Shown piece by piece: positions 12,290 through 21,063 of a DNA stretch of 64,000 bases. The stretch's first letter is position 1, and every line of letters begins with the position of its first letter. The translations under genes were made by a program, and so were the position numbers. Below the pieces are notes generated by a model, which searched no databases, was not told where the DNA came from, and was given only the letters and a program-made list of their open reading frames with translations. This stretch comes from Bdellovibrionia bacterium (lineage in GTDB: Bacteria > Bdellovibrionota > Bdellovibrionia > Bdellovibrionales > Bdellovibrionaceae). Where the stretch lies: contig JBKHVM010000002.1 of NCBI GenBank assembly GCA_046570065.1, positions 3,967-67,966 of the forward strand. Direction: 5' to 3'.

Positions 12290-12706
12290 ATGTTTAAGCT
12301 AACAATTGTAACACCAGAAAAAAGAATTCTTCTTAATCAAGATGTAGAAGAAGTGACTTTGCCTGGATTTAAGGGCGAGCTCAACATTCTTTCTGGACAC
12401 TCTCCACTCATCACTACTCTAGAAACTGGAGTTTTAAAGTGGAAAGTTCCTGGAAAAGAAATTCAAGAGCAAGCTGCTATCAGCTGGGGATACTGTCATG
12501 TAAGCCCTGAGGGTGTAAATGTACTTGCTGATATTGCCAAGCTTTCGACTGAAATTGATCTTTCGGTAGCTACGCAGACGATTGGCACTTTAGAATCTAA
12601 ATTAGGTTCTGATTCTTTGACTGATGAAGAGTGGGCGCAAATCCAGAGAGATCTGGCTTTAGCAAGAGCTTCTGTAGAGGCTGTACCTGCAACACAAAAG
12701 CACTAA
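12290..12706 (+). CDS. atpC: F0F1 ATP synthase subunit epsilon
   Basis: 138 aa. Last gene of the operon, with the typical epsilon N-terminal beta-sandwich sequence. Confidence 0.9.
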   Translation: MFKLTIVTPEKRILLNQDVEEVTLPGFKGELNILSGHSPLITTLETGVLKWKVPGKEIQEQAAISWGYCHVSPEGVNVLADIAKLSTEIDLSVATQTIGTLESKLGSDSLTDEEWAQIQRDLALARASVEAVPATQKH

Positions 12707-12731
12707 GAATTAAATTAAAATATTAAAGTTA

Positions 12732-12768
12732 ATAGCGCAGCTACTTCAACAGCTGCGCTATTTTTTTT
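12732..12768. terminator. Intrinsic terminator after atpC (11-bp stem, 8-nt loop, T8), shared with the convergent GH3 gene
   Basis: ATAGCGCAGCT-acttcaac-AGCTGCGCTAT followed by T8. The stop codon of the convergent gene (12741-12743) lies in the loop/stem. Confidence 0.8.
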
Positions 12769-14288
12769 CCGGCTTGAGCGTGTGGGAAGTCTAAATTAAC
12801 AACTTGGTAGCTCTCAAGGCCAGCAGTTAGTGCTGGTAAGCCTAGGTTTACGATCAAACTCTTTTCTAAAATAAAAGTATTGAGATTCTTAAGTTGTGCT
12901 GAGCTATCCTTGCGACTAACAGCTAAAACAAACAGATCACAAGAGCTAATTTTGTTTGATTTTATATCCTTAAGATCTTTAAAGTGCACAGTGCTGGTTT
13001 TCTTTTTTCCGACACTGGCCCTAAAAGACTCTCTAAAGCTGGAGACATCGCTAAGCAAACAAAACTTGTTTTTTGGTGACTCTGAGCTGGGGGCGCGCGA
13101 AATCTTTGAGATCTTCTTTTTCAACAGGTCATTATCAAAATCCGAAAAGTTTCGCAGCGCTAACATTCTTGGCACTGTTGTTTTTGGTGCTTTGTTAATG
13201 ACCTCTTTTACAAAGGATATTCTTTGAAGTTTCTCTTGAACTTCTTGAGTACTAAGCTCACCTTTTTGAATTGCTCGGACAATCCTTTGCCTAACTTTTA
13301 ATTGTGCCTTTGGAGAGTAAGCTACCATCACGATGTCGGCACCAGCCTTAAGAGACAGAACTGCAGCATCTTCAAGGGCTAGTTGGCTTTTTACCGCATC
13401 CATTTGTAAATCATCTGTTATAATAAGGCCTTTATATTTTAAACGATCTCTCAAGAGGCTCATGTTCTTTTGAGAAAGTGAGGCAGGGCGCTCATCGTCA
13501 ATGGCGGGATAGACAAAATGTGACATCATCATGCCGGTGAATCGACCTAAACCCGAAAAGCTAGCAAAGGGTACAACAGAGTCGCGCAATAAGTGCTCGA
13601 GGGACAAATTAACTTTGCCAACAGAGAAGTGAGGATCCGTAGAGGTGTGTCCCATCCCAGGAAAATGTTTAGCCACGGGCACAACAAAATTAGCAATATG
13701 TCCCTCAGCAAATGCCAGCCCAGCTTGGCCTACCAAAGCGGCATTGTTGCCAAATGATCGAGCACCCAAAAAAGAAATTTGTTTCGGATCAGCTAGATCT
13801 AATACGGGTGCCAAGTTCATATTGATTCCCGCACTTTGCATATACTCGCTGATGCGCTCTGAGTAAGAGCGTATAAAGGAATTATCCATAGAACTTGCTA
13901 GTGAGTAGGCGCTGGGCATTGGGGGTTGAGTTTGCAATCGAACAACATCGCCACCTTCTTGATCGATAGCAATTATTAGCGGCAATTGATTAATCTTAAG
14001 ATTTTGCAGAGAGGCCGTAAACTTTTTTGCAGATACTGCACTAGGGAGGTTTCGTTTAAATAAAATTATGGAGCCGGGCTTGATTTGACGTAAGTGTTTT
14101 GCCAACTTCTTATCTACAGCCGTGCCACCTATCCCAACCATCATCAGCTGACCTGCGGCCGCTTCGACAGACAAACTTTCTTTGCCTAATTTAAGAGGAC
14201 CTTTGGCTAGAGAATTTGATGAAAACATTAAGAAACTTAAAACAATACTCAAAAAGCAGGGTAATTTATTGCTAAGATAGATTTGCAT
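12741..14288 (-). CDS. Exported glycoside hydrolase family 3 (NagZ-like beta-N-acetylhexosaminidase) with an extra C-terminal domain
   Basis: 515 aa. Signal peptide ending SLA|KG. GH3 motifs IDQEGG and KHFPGMGHTSTDPH. About 150 aa of C-terminal sequence that I cannot place. Confidence 0.8.
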   Translation of the reverse strand: MQIYLSNKLPCFLSIVLSFLMFSSNSLAKGPLKLGKESLSVEAAAGQLMMVGIGGTAVDKKLAKHLRQIKPGSIILFKRNLPSAVSAKKFTASLQNLKINQLPLIIAIDQEGGDVVRLQTQPPMPSAYSLASSMDNSFIRSYSERISEYMQSAGINMNLAPVLDLADPKQISFLGARSFGNNAALVGQAGLAFAEGHIANFVVPVAKHFPGMGHTSTDPHFSVGKVNLSLEHLLRDSVVPFASFSGLGRFTGMMMSHFVYPAIDDERPASLSQKNMSLLRDRLKYKGLIITDDLQMDAVKSQLALEDAAVLSLKAGADIVMVAYSPKAQLKVRQRIVRAIQKGELSTQEVQEKLQRISFVKEVINKAPKTTVPRMLALRNFSDFDNDLLKKKISKISRAPSSESPKNKFCLLSDVSSFRESFRASVGKKKTSTVHFKDLKDIKSNKISSCDLFVLAVSRKDSSAQLKNLNTFILEKSLIVNLGLPALTAGLESYQVVNLDFPHAQAGKKIAQLLK

Positions 14289-14320
14289 ATATAACTTTTA
14301 TTCTATCAGGAACTTAGACA

Positions 14321-15034
14321 ATGTTAAAAATGCTCAACCATAACTTTAAAAACTTAGTCCTATGTCTGAGCTTGCTGCTAGCCCTATGCCCTGATTTCTC
14401 GCGAGCAGAAGACAGGATAGAGGTGGAAGAGGGTATTGATCTAACTCTATCATATGGAGAAAGAAGAACTGCGACGGGCGCCTACTTCTCAGTCTTTTAC
14501 GAAACACAAGAGTTTCCAAAATATTTGTCTACACTCGATAACTCCACTTACAAAGATAAATATGGTGCTGGCATTTCCTTAATGGGAATTAACTGGCTAA
14601 AAAAATACAACTTTGAAAAATCCTCTTTATCCATAGGCCTTGGATATGGACTGGGTAGCACAAGCAAGGGCGACGCCGAAATGAGCCTAGAGAAAATTAA
14701 ACTAAGCTCTAGATTTGCCGTAGATCGCCTAGGCAAAGAAGCTCATTGGGTTCCGTTTGTTGGCTTTGAGTTGTGGCAGCTCAACATTACAGAGAAAAGC
14801 TCTACGGATTCATTTAGTGGCAAGATTGAAATGGGCTATCAATATGCTTTAGGGCTTTCTATTCAAATCAGTAGACTCGACCCCAGCTCAAGCAGTCAAG
14901 CCTATGCAGAGTGGGGCTTAGAAAATACATTCATTGATGTCTATCTCTTTGGTAATGGCGAACCATTGTCAGGAGAAGAAGCAAATGTTTCCAATGAAAT
15001 GCAAACCGGATTTGCCCTCACTCTGGAATTTTAA
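14321..15034 (+). CDS. Putative small outer-membrane beta-barrel protein
   Basis: 237 aa. Signal peptide, alternating hydrophobic strands and a C-terminal ...FALTLEF with terminal Phe, typical of BAM substrates. No family recognised. Confidence 0.45.
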   Translation: MLKMLNHNFKNLVLCLSLLLALCPDFSRAEDRIEVEEGIDLTLSYGERRTATGAYFSVFYETQEFPKYLSTLDNSTYKDKYGAGISLMGINWLKKYNFEKSSLSIGLGYGLGSTSKGDAEMSLEKIKLSSRFAVDRLGKEAHWVPFVGFELWQLNITEKSSTDSFSGKIEMGYQYALGLSIQISRLDPSSSSQAYAEWGLENTFIDVYLFGNGEPLSGEEANVSNEMQTGFALTLEF

Positions 15035-18000
15035 ATTAATTTACAAAGATAATCCAACTCTTCATAAGTGCTCTGCCAAGTGATGGTGTTCATTCGAACA
15101 TTGAGCCTATTATCAGGAGTGATGGAGTATTTTTTATTTTCTCGCATCGCAAGTTTAATGATGGTTTCTGGCTTTAAGCGAGTTTTTTCTGTAAAGATAA
15201 GGCTTATTGTTTTTACTCCAGCGCTAACGTCCCTTACGCCAAGATCCTTACACTGTTTACGAATTAACATTAAACCCATGAGGTTGAGAGTTGGCTCTGG
15301 AATCTCGCCAAATTGATCGCGCAATTCAGATTCGATTTGATCTAAATCTTGCGAGTCTTTAATGTCAGCTAGAGCTTTGTAGTAACCTAAACGAATCCGA
15401 ATATCCTTGATATAACTATCAGGAATCATCGCAGGAACTCGTAGGTTAATCTCAGGATCTAGCTCGCGATCATCTACGGTCTCGCCTTTTGCATCAGCCA
15501 AGGCTTCCGCGAGCAAGTCCATATACATTTCATATCCAACAGCATTAACATGACCAGATTGATCCTCACCCAATATATTTCCTGAGCCGCGAAGTTCTAA
15601 ATCATACTGAGCAATTTTAAGCCCAGAACCTAGAGCTGTATTTTCTTGGATGATCTTAAGTCTTTCTTGTTGTGTTGGATCTAACTTTCTTGTTTTGGGC
15701 ATCAACAAGTAACAGTAGGCCCGCGTTTTTGAGCGCCCCACGCGTCCACGCAATTGATAGAGCTGAGAAAGGCCAAACATGTGAGCATCATCGATAAACA
15801 TTGTATTAGCTCTTGAAACGTCCATTCCAGATTCGACGATTGCAGTACAAACCAAGATGTCAATTTCATGATGAAAGAATTCAAGCATTGCTTTTTCGAG
15901 TTCATGCTCTTCCATTTGACCGTGGGCCACTCGAATACGTGCCTTGGGCAGAATAGTTCTGATTTCGTCAGCAACACCATAGATGGAGTGTACACGATTG
16001 TGAATAAAGTAAACCTGACCGCCACGAGAGATTTCGGACTCACAAGCTTTACGAATTGTTTCTGCATCAAATTTAGTAATAAAAGTTCTGGTGGGCAGTC
16101 GATCTACAGGGGCCGTGTTAATAATCGACAGATCTCGAATTCCCACCAAAGACATATTTAAAGTACGAGGAATTGGCGTCGCTGAAAGGGTTAAAGTGTC
16201 AACGTTTACCTTAAGCTTTTTAATTTTCTCTTTATGTGTGACTCCGAACTTCTGCTCTTCATCAATTACTAGTAATCCAAGATTTTTATACTCAATATTG
16301 GAAGCAAGAAGTTTATGTGTGCCAATAACTAAGTCTACTTTTCCATCTTTTAGTTCTTGAAGACATTTTTTAACATCAGCTGTTGATACAAAACGATTCA
16401 GCACACGAATTCCTATGGGCCAACCAGCAAAACGTTTTTTAAAAGTTTCGAAATGCTGAAAGGTTAGAACCGTTGTCGGCGCCAAGACAGCTACTTGCTT
16501 GCCGGCCTCAATGGCCAAAAAAGCTGCTCGCATGGCGACTTCTGTTTTTCCAAAACCAACATCACCACAAACCAACCGATCCATGGGCTGCTCTCTTTGA
16601 AAATCTCTGGTGATATCACGCAAAGCCCTTAGCTGATCTTCGGTTTCTTCGAAAGGAAAATTATTTTCAAATTTTATGACATCAGACTCGTCCCAAGTCA
16701 GAGGAGTTCTTTTTATTTCAGCTCTTTTGGCGTAGAGCTGAATCAGCTCAGAGGCAATATCTTTGAGGTGCTTTTTAACTTTCGCAGTGGTTTTTTCCCA
16801 ACCACTCCCGCCAAGCTTGTCGAGAATGATGCTTGCAGTTGCGCCAGCATATTTTTGCAACTGACCTACGCGGTATACTGGTAAGTACAGCTTGTCTTTA
16901 TCTTTGTATGCAACCTGAATATATTCGCTTTCCACTCCGCCAATGGACATCAGGCGCAAGCCTTCATAAGTTCCAATGCCATGCTTAACGTGCACAACAT
17001 AGTCACCAACTTTGAGATCGCCAAAGCTGAGGCGTTTGGCATTCTTTTGAAAGTCTTCAGCAGCAGAAGAAGAGTGACGAGCTTTCTTGCCAAAGAAGTC
17101 ATCATCTCTAAGAAAAAGGAGCCTTTCCTCGGGCAAACGTAAACTTTCTGAAAGTCCTCGAACAATTATATGGACTAAAGAAGAATCTCGCGCCTGCGTC
17201 GACTCCCACTCGTCCCACAAAAGACTTTGTCCATCTTCTAGGGACACGCGAAGGCCTGATTTATCTAATAAGAGTTTTAACCGCTCCGCGGAGGTTCTAT
17301 TCTTTGCAAATATAAAAACCCGATATTCGTTATTTCTGAGGTCAGAAATTTTATCGTGCACTAGCTTGAGCCAAAGCGCCTCACCAAACGGATGTTGTTG
17401 AAGTGTGCTTTGCAGCTCTGTTGGTGAAAATGTTTTGTATTCTAGAGTTTTATTTGATGCATTTTCTTCATCCAAATAAACAAGATTAGAAAATGAAAGA
17501 TGAAGAGATTCTTTAGGAAAGCGCAACTCATCATATCGCTGATAAATGCTTTCAAGGTCAGGGCAGATGATTTGCTCTTTTGCCGCCTGAAATTCACTTT
17601 TTTGCGAAGAAATAAATTCGTCTGCTGTGCGTAGGATTTCTAGAGGATCTAGATACCAAAACACACTTTCAGAAGAAAAATAATCCAACACTGAAGATGT
17701 CTCTGTAAAACATTGATGAAAGACAAAATCAATTCCAGGGAAATCTTGTTTTAATACCAATGCTCGGATGAGCTCATCGGCTTCGGGAGAAGCAATTTTT
17801 CGCGACGACAGCGAAGACTTAAAGCGAGCCAAAAACTTTTCATGGTATTCATCGTGAAACAAATATTCTTTTGCGGGAGTGAGGTAGAACTTTTTGACTT
17901 CATGCTGGCTGCGTTGATCTGCTGTGCTGAAAAAGCGAATACTCTCAATCTGATCCCCAAAAAGCTCAATGCGCAAAGGTTGTTCATAATAGGGTGAATA

Positions 18001-18558
18001 AATATCCACGATTCCACCGCGAATAGAATAGTGGCCGATGTCTTCGACAAGTGGAGAAGCGCGATAACCCAATTCAAAAAGAAAGTTGTTGAGATCACTT
18101 GGCAGCTCATCGCCCACGTGAAAAACACGAGAATGTTTTTTAAATAGGGAGTAGGGAATTGTTTTCTGGAGAAGCCCCTCTACTGGGCAAATAAAGATAT
18201 CTAAAGGCCCCGCTTCCAGCGCATGCTGTAAAAATCCAGCTCGATGTGCCGCAAGAGTTTCTTTTGGGTAAAGACCTGAGTAGGGTCCAACATCAAAGGA
18301 CTCTAACAGAAACACCTTGCGCTGTGGGTCAAAGAAATAGATGAGCTGTTTGAGTCGCTGCGCCTCTGGCAAACCCGAACAGATGATAACATGCGGCAAG
18401 CTTTTAATATTCTTATTGTTTCCATAAGCAAGAAGAAGTGCAATTAGAAGCGGGGAGCTCGTACCGTGGATTTGCAGCTCTTTGCCTTTCGACAGCAAGG
18501 CATTATCTAACAAAGAATCTAGGCGAAGATGAAGGGGTTCGATAATCATGGGACCCAT
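15031..18558 (-). CDS. mfd: Transcription-repair coupling factor Mfd
   Basis: 1175 aa. Helicase motifs GDVGFGKTEVA and DEEQKFG, followed by a TRG motif region. Confidence 0.95.
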   Translation of the reverse strand: MGPMIIEPLHLRLDSLLDNALLSKGKELQIHGTSSPLLIALLLAYGNNKNIKSLPHVIICSGLPEAQRLKQLIYFFDPQRKVFLLESFDVGPYSGLYPKETLAAHRAGFLQHALEAGPLDIFICPVEGLLQKTIPYSLFKKHSRVFHVGDELPSDLNNFLFELGYRASPLVEDIGHYSIRGGIVDIYSPYYEQPLRIELFGDQIESIRFFSTADQRSQHEVKKFYLTPAKEYLFHDEYHEKFLARFKSSLSSRKIASPEADELIRALVLKQDFPGIDFVFHQCFTETSSVLDYFSSESVFWYLDPLEILRTADEFISSQKSEFQAAKEQIICPDLESIYQRYDELRFPKESLHLSFSNLVYLDEENASNKTLEYKTFSPTELQSTLQQHPFGEALWLKLVHDKISDLRNNEYRVFIFAKNRTSAERLKLLLDKSGLRVSLEDGQSLLWDEWESTQARDSSLVHIIVRGLSESLRLPEERLLFLRDDDFFGKKARHSSSAAEDFQKNAKRLSFGDLKVGDYVVHVKHGIGTYEGLRLMSIGGVESEYIQVAYKDKDKLYLPVYRVGQLQKYAGATASIILDKLGGSGWEKTTAKVKKHLKDIASELIQLYAKRAEIKRTPLTWDESDVIKFENNFPFEETEDQLRALRDITRDFQREQPMDRLVCGDVGFGKTEVAMRAAFLAIEAGKQVAVLAPTTVLTFQHFETFKKRFAGWPIGIRVLNRFVSTADVKKCLQELKDGKVDLVIGTHKLLASNIEYKNLGLLVIDEEQKFGVTHKEKIKKLKVNVDTLTLSATPIPRTLNMSLVGIRDLSIINTAPVDRLPTRTFITKFDAETIRKACESEISRGGQVYFIHNRVHSIYGVADEIRTILPKARIRVAHGQMEEHELEKAMLEFFHHEIDILVCTAIVESGMDVSRANTMFIDDAHMFGLSQLYQLRGRVGRSKTRAYCYLLMPKTRKLDPTQQERLKIIQENTALGSGLKIAQYDLELRGSGNILGEDQSGHVNAVGYEMYMDLLAEALADAKGETVDDRELDPEINLRVPAMIPDSYIKDIRIRLGYYKALADIKDSQDLDQIESELRDQFGEIPEPTLNLMGLMLIRKQCKDLGVRDVSAGVKTISLIFTEKTRLKPETIIKLAMRENKKYSITPDNRLNVRMNTITWQSTYEELDYLCKLI

Positions 18559-18595
18559 ATTGCCAAATCTATCGCTTTGTTTCCATTCATATTTC

Positions 18596-18624
18596 TTGGA
18601 TTTTAGACGCTACACAGATATAAC
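18596..18624 (+). promoter_or_regulatory. Candidate promoter of the nuo cluster (TTGGAT-N17-TATAAC)
   Basis: Hexamers read by eye about 50 bp upstream of the nuoA GTG. Confidence 0.35.
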
Positions 18625-18674
18625 AGTAAAGTTGCAAACAAACTGAAAACAACTTTGTAAAACAGGAGGACTTT

Positions 18675-19043
18675 GTGCCACTCGGCGGAGTCATTTTTAT
18701 AAGTATATTCATCTTGATATTCGGCATCGTGATGGTCTTTATCGCCAGCAAGCTGGGTCGCATAAGAGATCCAAACCCAGTAAAAATGGAAATCTACGAG
18801 TGCGGAATTCCAGAGCTAGAAAAGAAGGATACAAAGATTTCAGTGAAGTTTTATCTCACGGCAATTCTTTTCATCCTGTTTGATATCGAAATTATTTTTA
18901 TGTACCCATGGGCGACTTCGTTTAGGGAGTTCATTGCTGACGGCACTGGGCTTTACGCGCTTGTGGCGATGTTAGTATTTATCGCAATCTTTTTGTATGG
19001 ACTGTTTTGGGAAGTTAAATCCAAAGCACTAGAGTGGGATTAA
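18675..19043 (+). CDS. nuoA: NADH-quinone oxidoreductase subunit A
   Basis: 122 aa. GTG start 5 nt after AGGAGG. Three TM helices. Motif YECG..P...F.VKFYL.AILF..FD.E. Confidence 0.9.
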   Translation: MPLGGVIFISIFILIFGIVMVFIASKLGRIRDPNPVKMEIYECGIPELEKKDTKISVKFYLTAILFILFDIEIIFMYPWATSFREFIADGTGLYALVAMLVFIAIFLYGLFWEVKSKALEWD

Positions 19044-19047
19044 GCAC

Positions 19048-20199
19048 ATGGGAAATGATATTTTTGAAATAACCGTCAACGCGGTAAAATTGGTCCTCAT
19101 TTTTTTATTGATTGTTCAATCTGTACCCATACTCGTTTGGCTTGAACGACGCGGCTCAGGTTTTATTCAAAACCGCTTTGGTCCAAATCGTGTTGGTCCA
19201 TTAGGGCTCACGCAGCTTCTTGCTGATGCCGTTAAGTTTTTAACCAAAGAAGAATTCGTTCCTGCAAAGGCAAAAAAGTTTCTTTATTATTTTGCTCCGA
19301 TTTCAGCTTTGATTCCAGGTGCTGTTGGTTTTGCGGCAATTCCATTGTCTTTACCAATCGCCGTTGATGCCTTCGAGATGTTTGGACGCACGTGGGGACC
19401 CTATACCTTTTTATTTCAGGGTTATGAAATCAACGTCGGTATCGTCTTCATTTTGGGTGTAAGCTCACTAGCGGCTTATACTATCTTGATGGCGGGCTTT
19501 GGCTCGGGCAGTAAGTTCTCTCTAATGGGGGCGATGCGCGCCTCTGCACAAATTATTTCTTACGAGCTTCCTTTGGGCCTTTCAATCGTTGGTATTATTT
19601 TGCTCTACGGAACATTTAATCTAACAGAAATGATCACTCAACAAACCGGAACTCTTAATTTCCAAATGTTGGGACATACAATTTCTGCTTCTTGGTTGCC
19701 CAACTGGGGAATCTTCTATCAGCCCCTCGGGTTCTTGTTGTTCTTTTCTGCAACATTTGCCGAATCAAATCGTTTGCCATTTGACTTAGCCGAAGGTGAG
19801 TCTGAGCTAGTAGCTGGATTCCACACAGAGTATGGCGGATTTAAATTCAACATGTTTTTCATTGGTGAGTATGCTCACATGATGATCGCTTCTGGCTTGG
19901 CAACAATCTTTTTCTTTGGTGGCTATAATATCCCATTTGTGAGCTACCAAGAAGTTGCAGCCTGGGCACAGACGGTTGCCAGCACAGCAACTGGAGCAAG
20001 CGCAATAACTTCTCTTGTTCACTTCATGGCGTTTAATATTAAATTTGCGCTCTTCTTGTGGATCTTCATTTGGGTTAGATGGACTCTTCCGCGCTTTAGA
20101 TACGATCAGCTAATGGATTTGGGTTGGAAAACAATGTTGCCGTGGGCGCTATTCAACACGGTCTTAACTGCCATCATGGTCTATTTGGCCGCAGCATAA
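19048..20199 (+). CDS. nuoH: NADH-quinone oxidoreductase subunit H
   Basis: 383 aa. NuoH/ND1 motifs ERR..G..Q.R.GPN and AE.NR.PFDL.E.ESELV.G. Confidence 0.95.
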   Translation: MGNDIFEITVNAVKLVLIFLLIVQSVPILVWLERRGSGFIQNRFGPNRVGPLGLTQLLADAVKFLTKEEFVPAKAKKFLYYFAPISALIPGAVGFAAIPLSLPIAVDAFEMFGRTWGPYTFLFQGYEINVGIVFILGVSSLAAYTILMAGFGSGSKFSLMGAMRASAQIISYELPLGLSIVGIILLYGTFNLTEMITQQTGTLNFQMLGHTISASWLPNWGIFYQPLGFLLFFSATFAESNRLPFDLAEGESELVAGFHTEYGGFKFNMFFIGEYAHMMIASGLATIFFFGGYNIPFVSYQEVAAWAQTVASTATGASAITSLVHFMAFNIKFALFLWIFIWVRWTLPRFRYDQLMDLGWKTMLPWALFNTVLTAIMVYLAAA

Positions 20200-20208
20200 G
20201 GGGTTTTT

Positions 20209-20739
20209 GTGACAGCAGATTCTTTTCTATTTTGGTTCCTCTCGTTCATTGTTTTGGGCAGCGGTCTTTTGGTGATTTTGTTTAAAAACCCAATCTACTC
20301 TGCGCTTTCATTGGCGATGACAATGGTTGGTATTGCAGCCTTATTTGTAACTTTGAATGCCTACTTTATCGCTGGCGTGCAACTCATCGTTTATGCTGGC
20401 GCCGTCATGGTTCTATTTGTCATGGTGCTGATGTTGTTTGATCTTAAAGATGATCTCAAGGCCTTCAGCAAAGGCAAGTTTACTGGAGGTCTTAAGATTG
20501 CATCTATTGGTGTGTTTTCTGGGTTGGTTGTTAGCGCCGTAGTGCTTTCAACAGGGCTTTTAAAGGTGCCGGCGCCCACCGAAAATGCAGTTACCAATAC
20601 AGCAGACTCAACTAAGGCTATCGGAAAACTTCTATTTACAGACTATGTTTTTGGTTTTGAAGCGCTCGGAATTTTGTTGTTAGTGATTGCAGTTGGTGCT
20701 GTATCACTTTCTCGCAGCAAGGGTGGAACTCATGATTAA
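20209..20739 (+). CDS. nuoJ: NADH-quinone oxidoreductase subunit J
   Basis: 176 aa. GTG start. ND6-like TM pattern (YAGAVMVLFVMV). Confidence 0.85.
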   Translation: MTADSFLFWFLSFIVLGSGLLVILFKNPIYSALSLAMTMVGIAALFVTLNAYFIAGVQLIVYAGAVMVLFVMVLMLFDLKDDLKAFSKGKFTGGLKIASIGVFSGLVVSAVVLSTGLLKVPAPTENAVTNTADSTKAIGKLLFTDYVFGFEALGILLLVIAVGAVSLSRSKGGTHD

Positions 20740-21058
20740 TACGTCTTTTATTAATGAAATCGGCTTGAACCATTATTTGGTTCTTGCTGCCTTATTGTTC
20801 ATCTTGGGTATGGCGGGAGTTCTTTTAAGAAGAAACGTCTTGGTTATCATGATGTCCATCGAGTTGATGTTGAACTCTGTTAACTTAACACTCATCGCAT
20901 TTAGCAAATTCTTGGGCTTATTAGATGGTCATATAATGGTGTTTTTCGTTATGACAATTGCTGCTGCCGAGGCGGCTGTGGGTCTGGCGATTGCTGTAGC
21001 CATATTTAAGCGCTTTAGAGAAATTAACATTCGCTTTTTTGAGCATCTTAAGGGGTAA
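20732..21058 (+). CDS. nuoK: NADH-quinone oxidoreductase subunit K
   Basis: ATG at 20732 (ATGA overlap with the nuoJ stop). 108 aa. ND4L motifs SIELMLNSVNL and AAAEAAVGLA. Confidence 0.9.
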   Translation: MINTSFINEIGLNHYLVLAALLFILGMAGVLLRRNVLVIMMSIELMLNSVNLTLIAFSKFLGLLDGHIMVFFVMTIAAAEAAVGLAIAVAIFKRFREINIRFFEHLKG

Positions 21059-21063
21059 ACATC

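Noticed and set aside
20687-20731. The 15-codon N-terminal extension of nuoK in the ORF track.
   Set aside because: It lies inside nuoJ. The ATG at 20732 forms the usual ATGA coupling and yields a normal ~100-aa NuoK beginning MINTSF.
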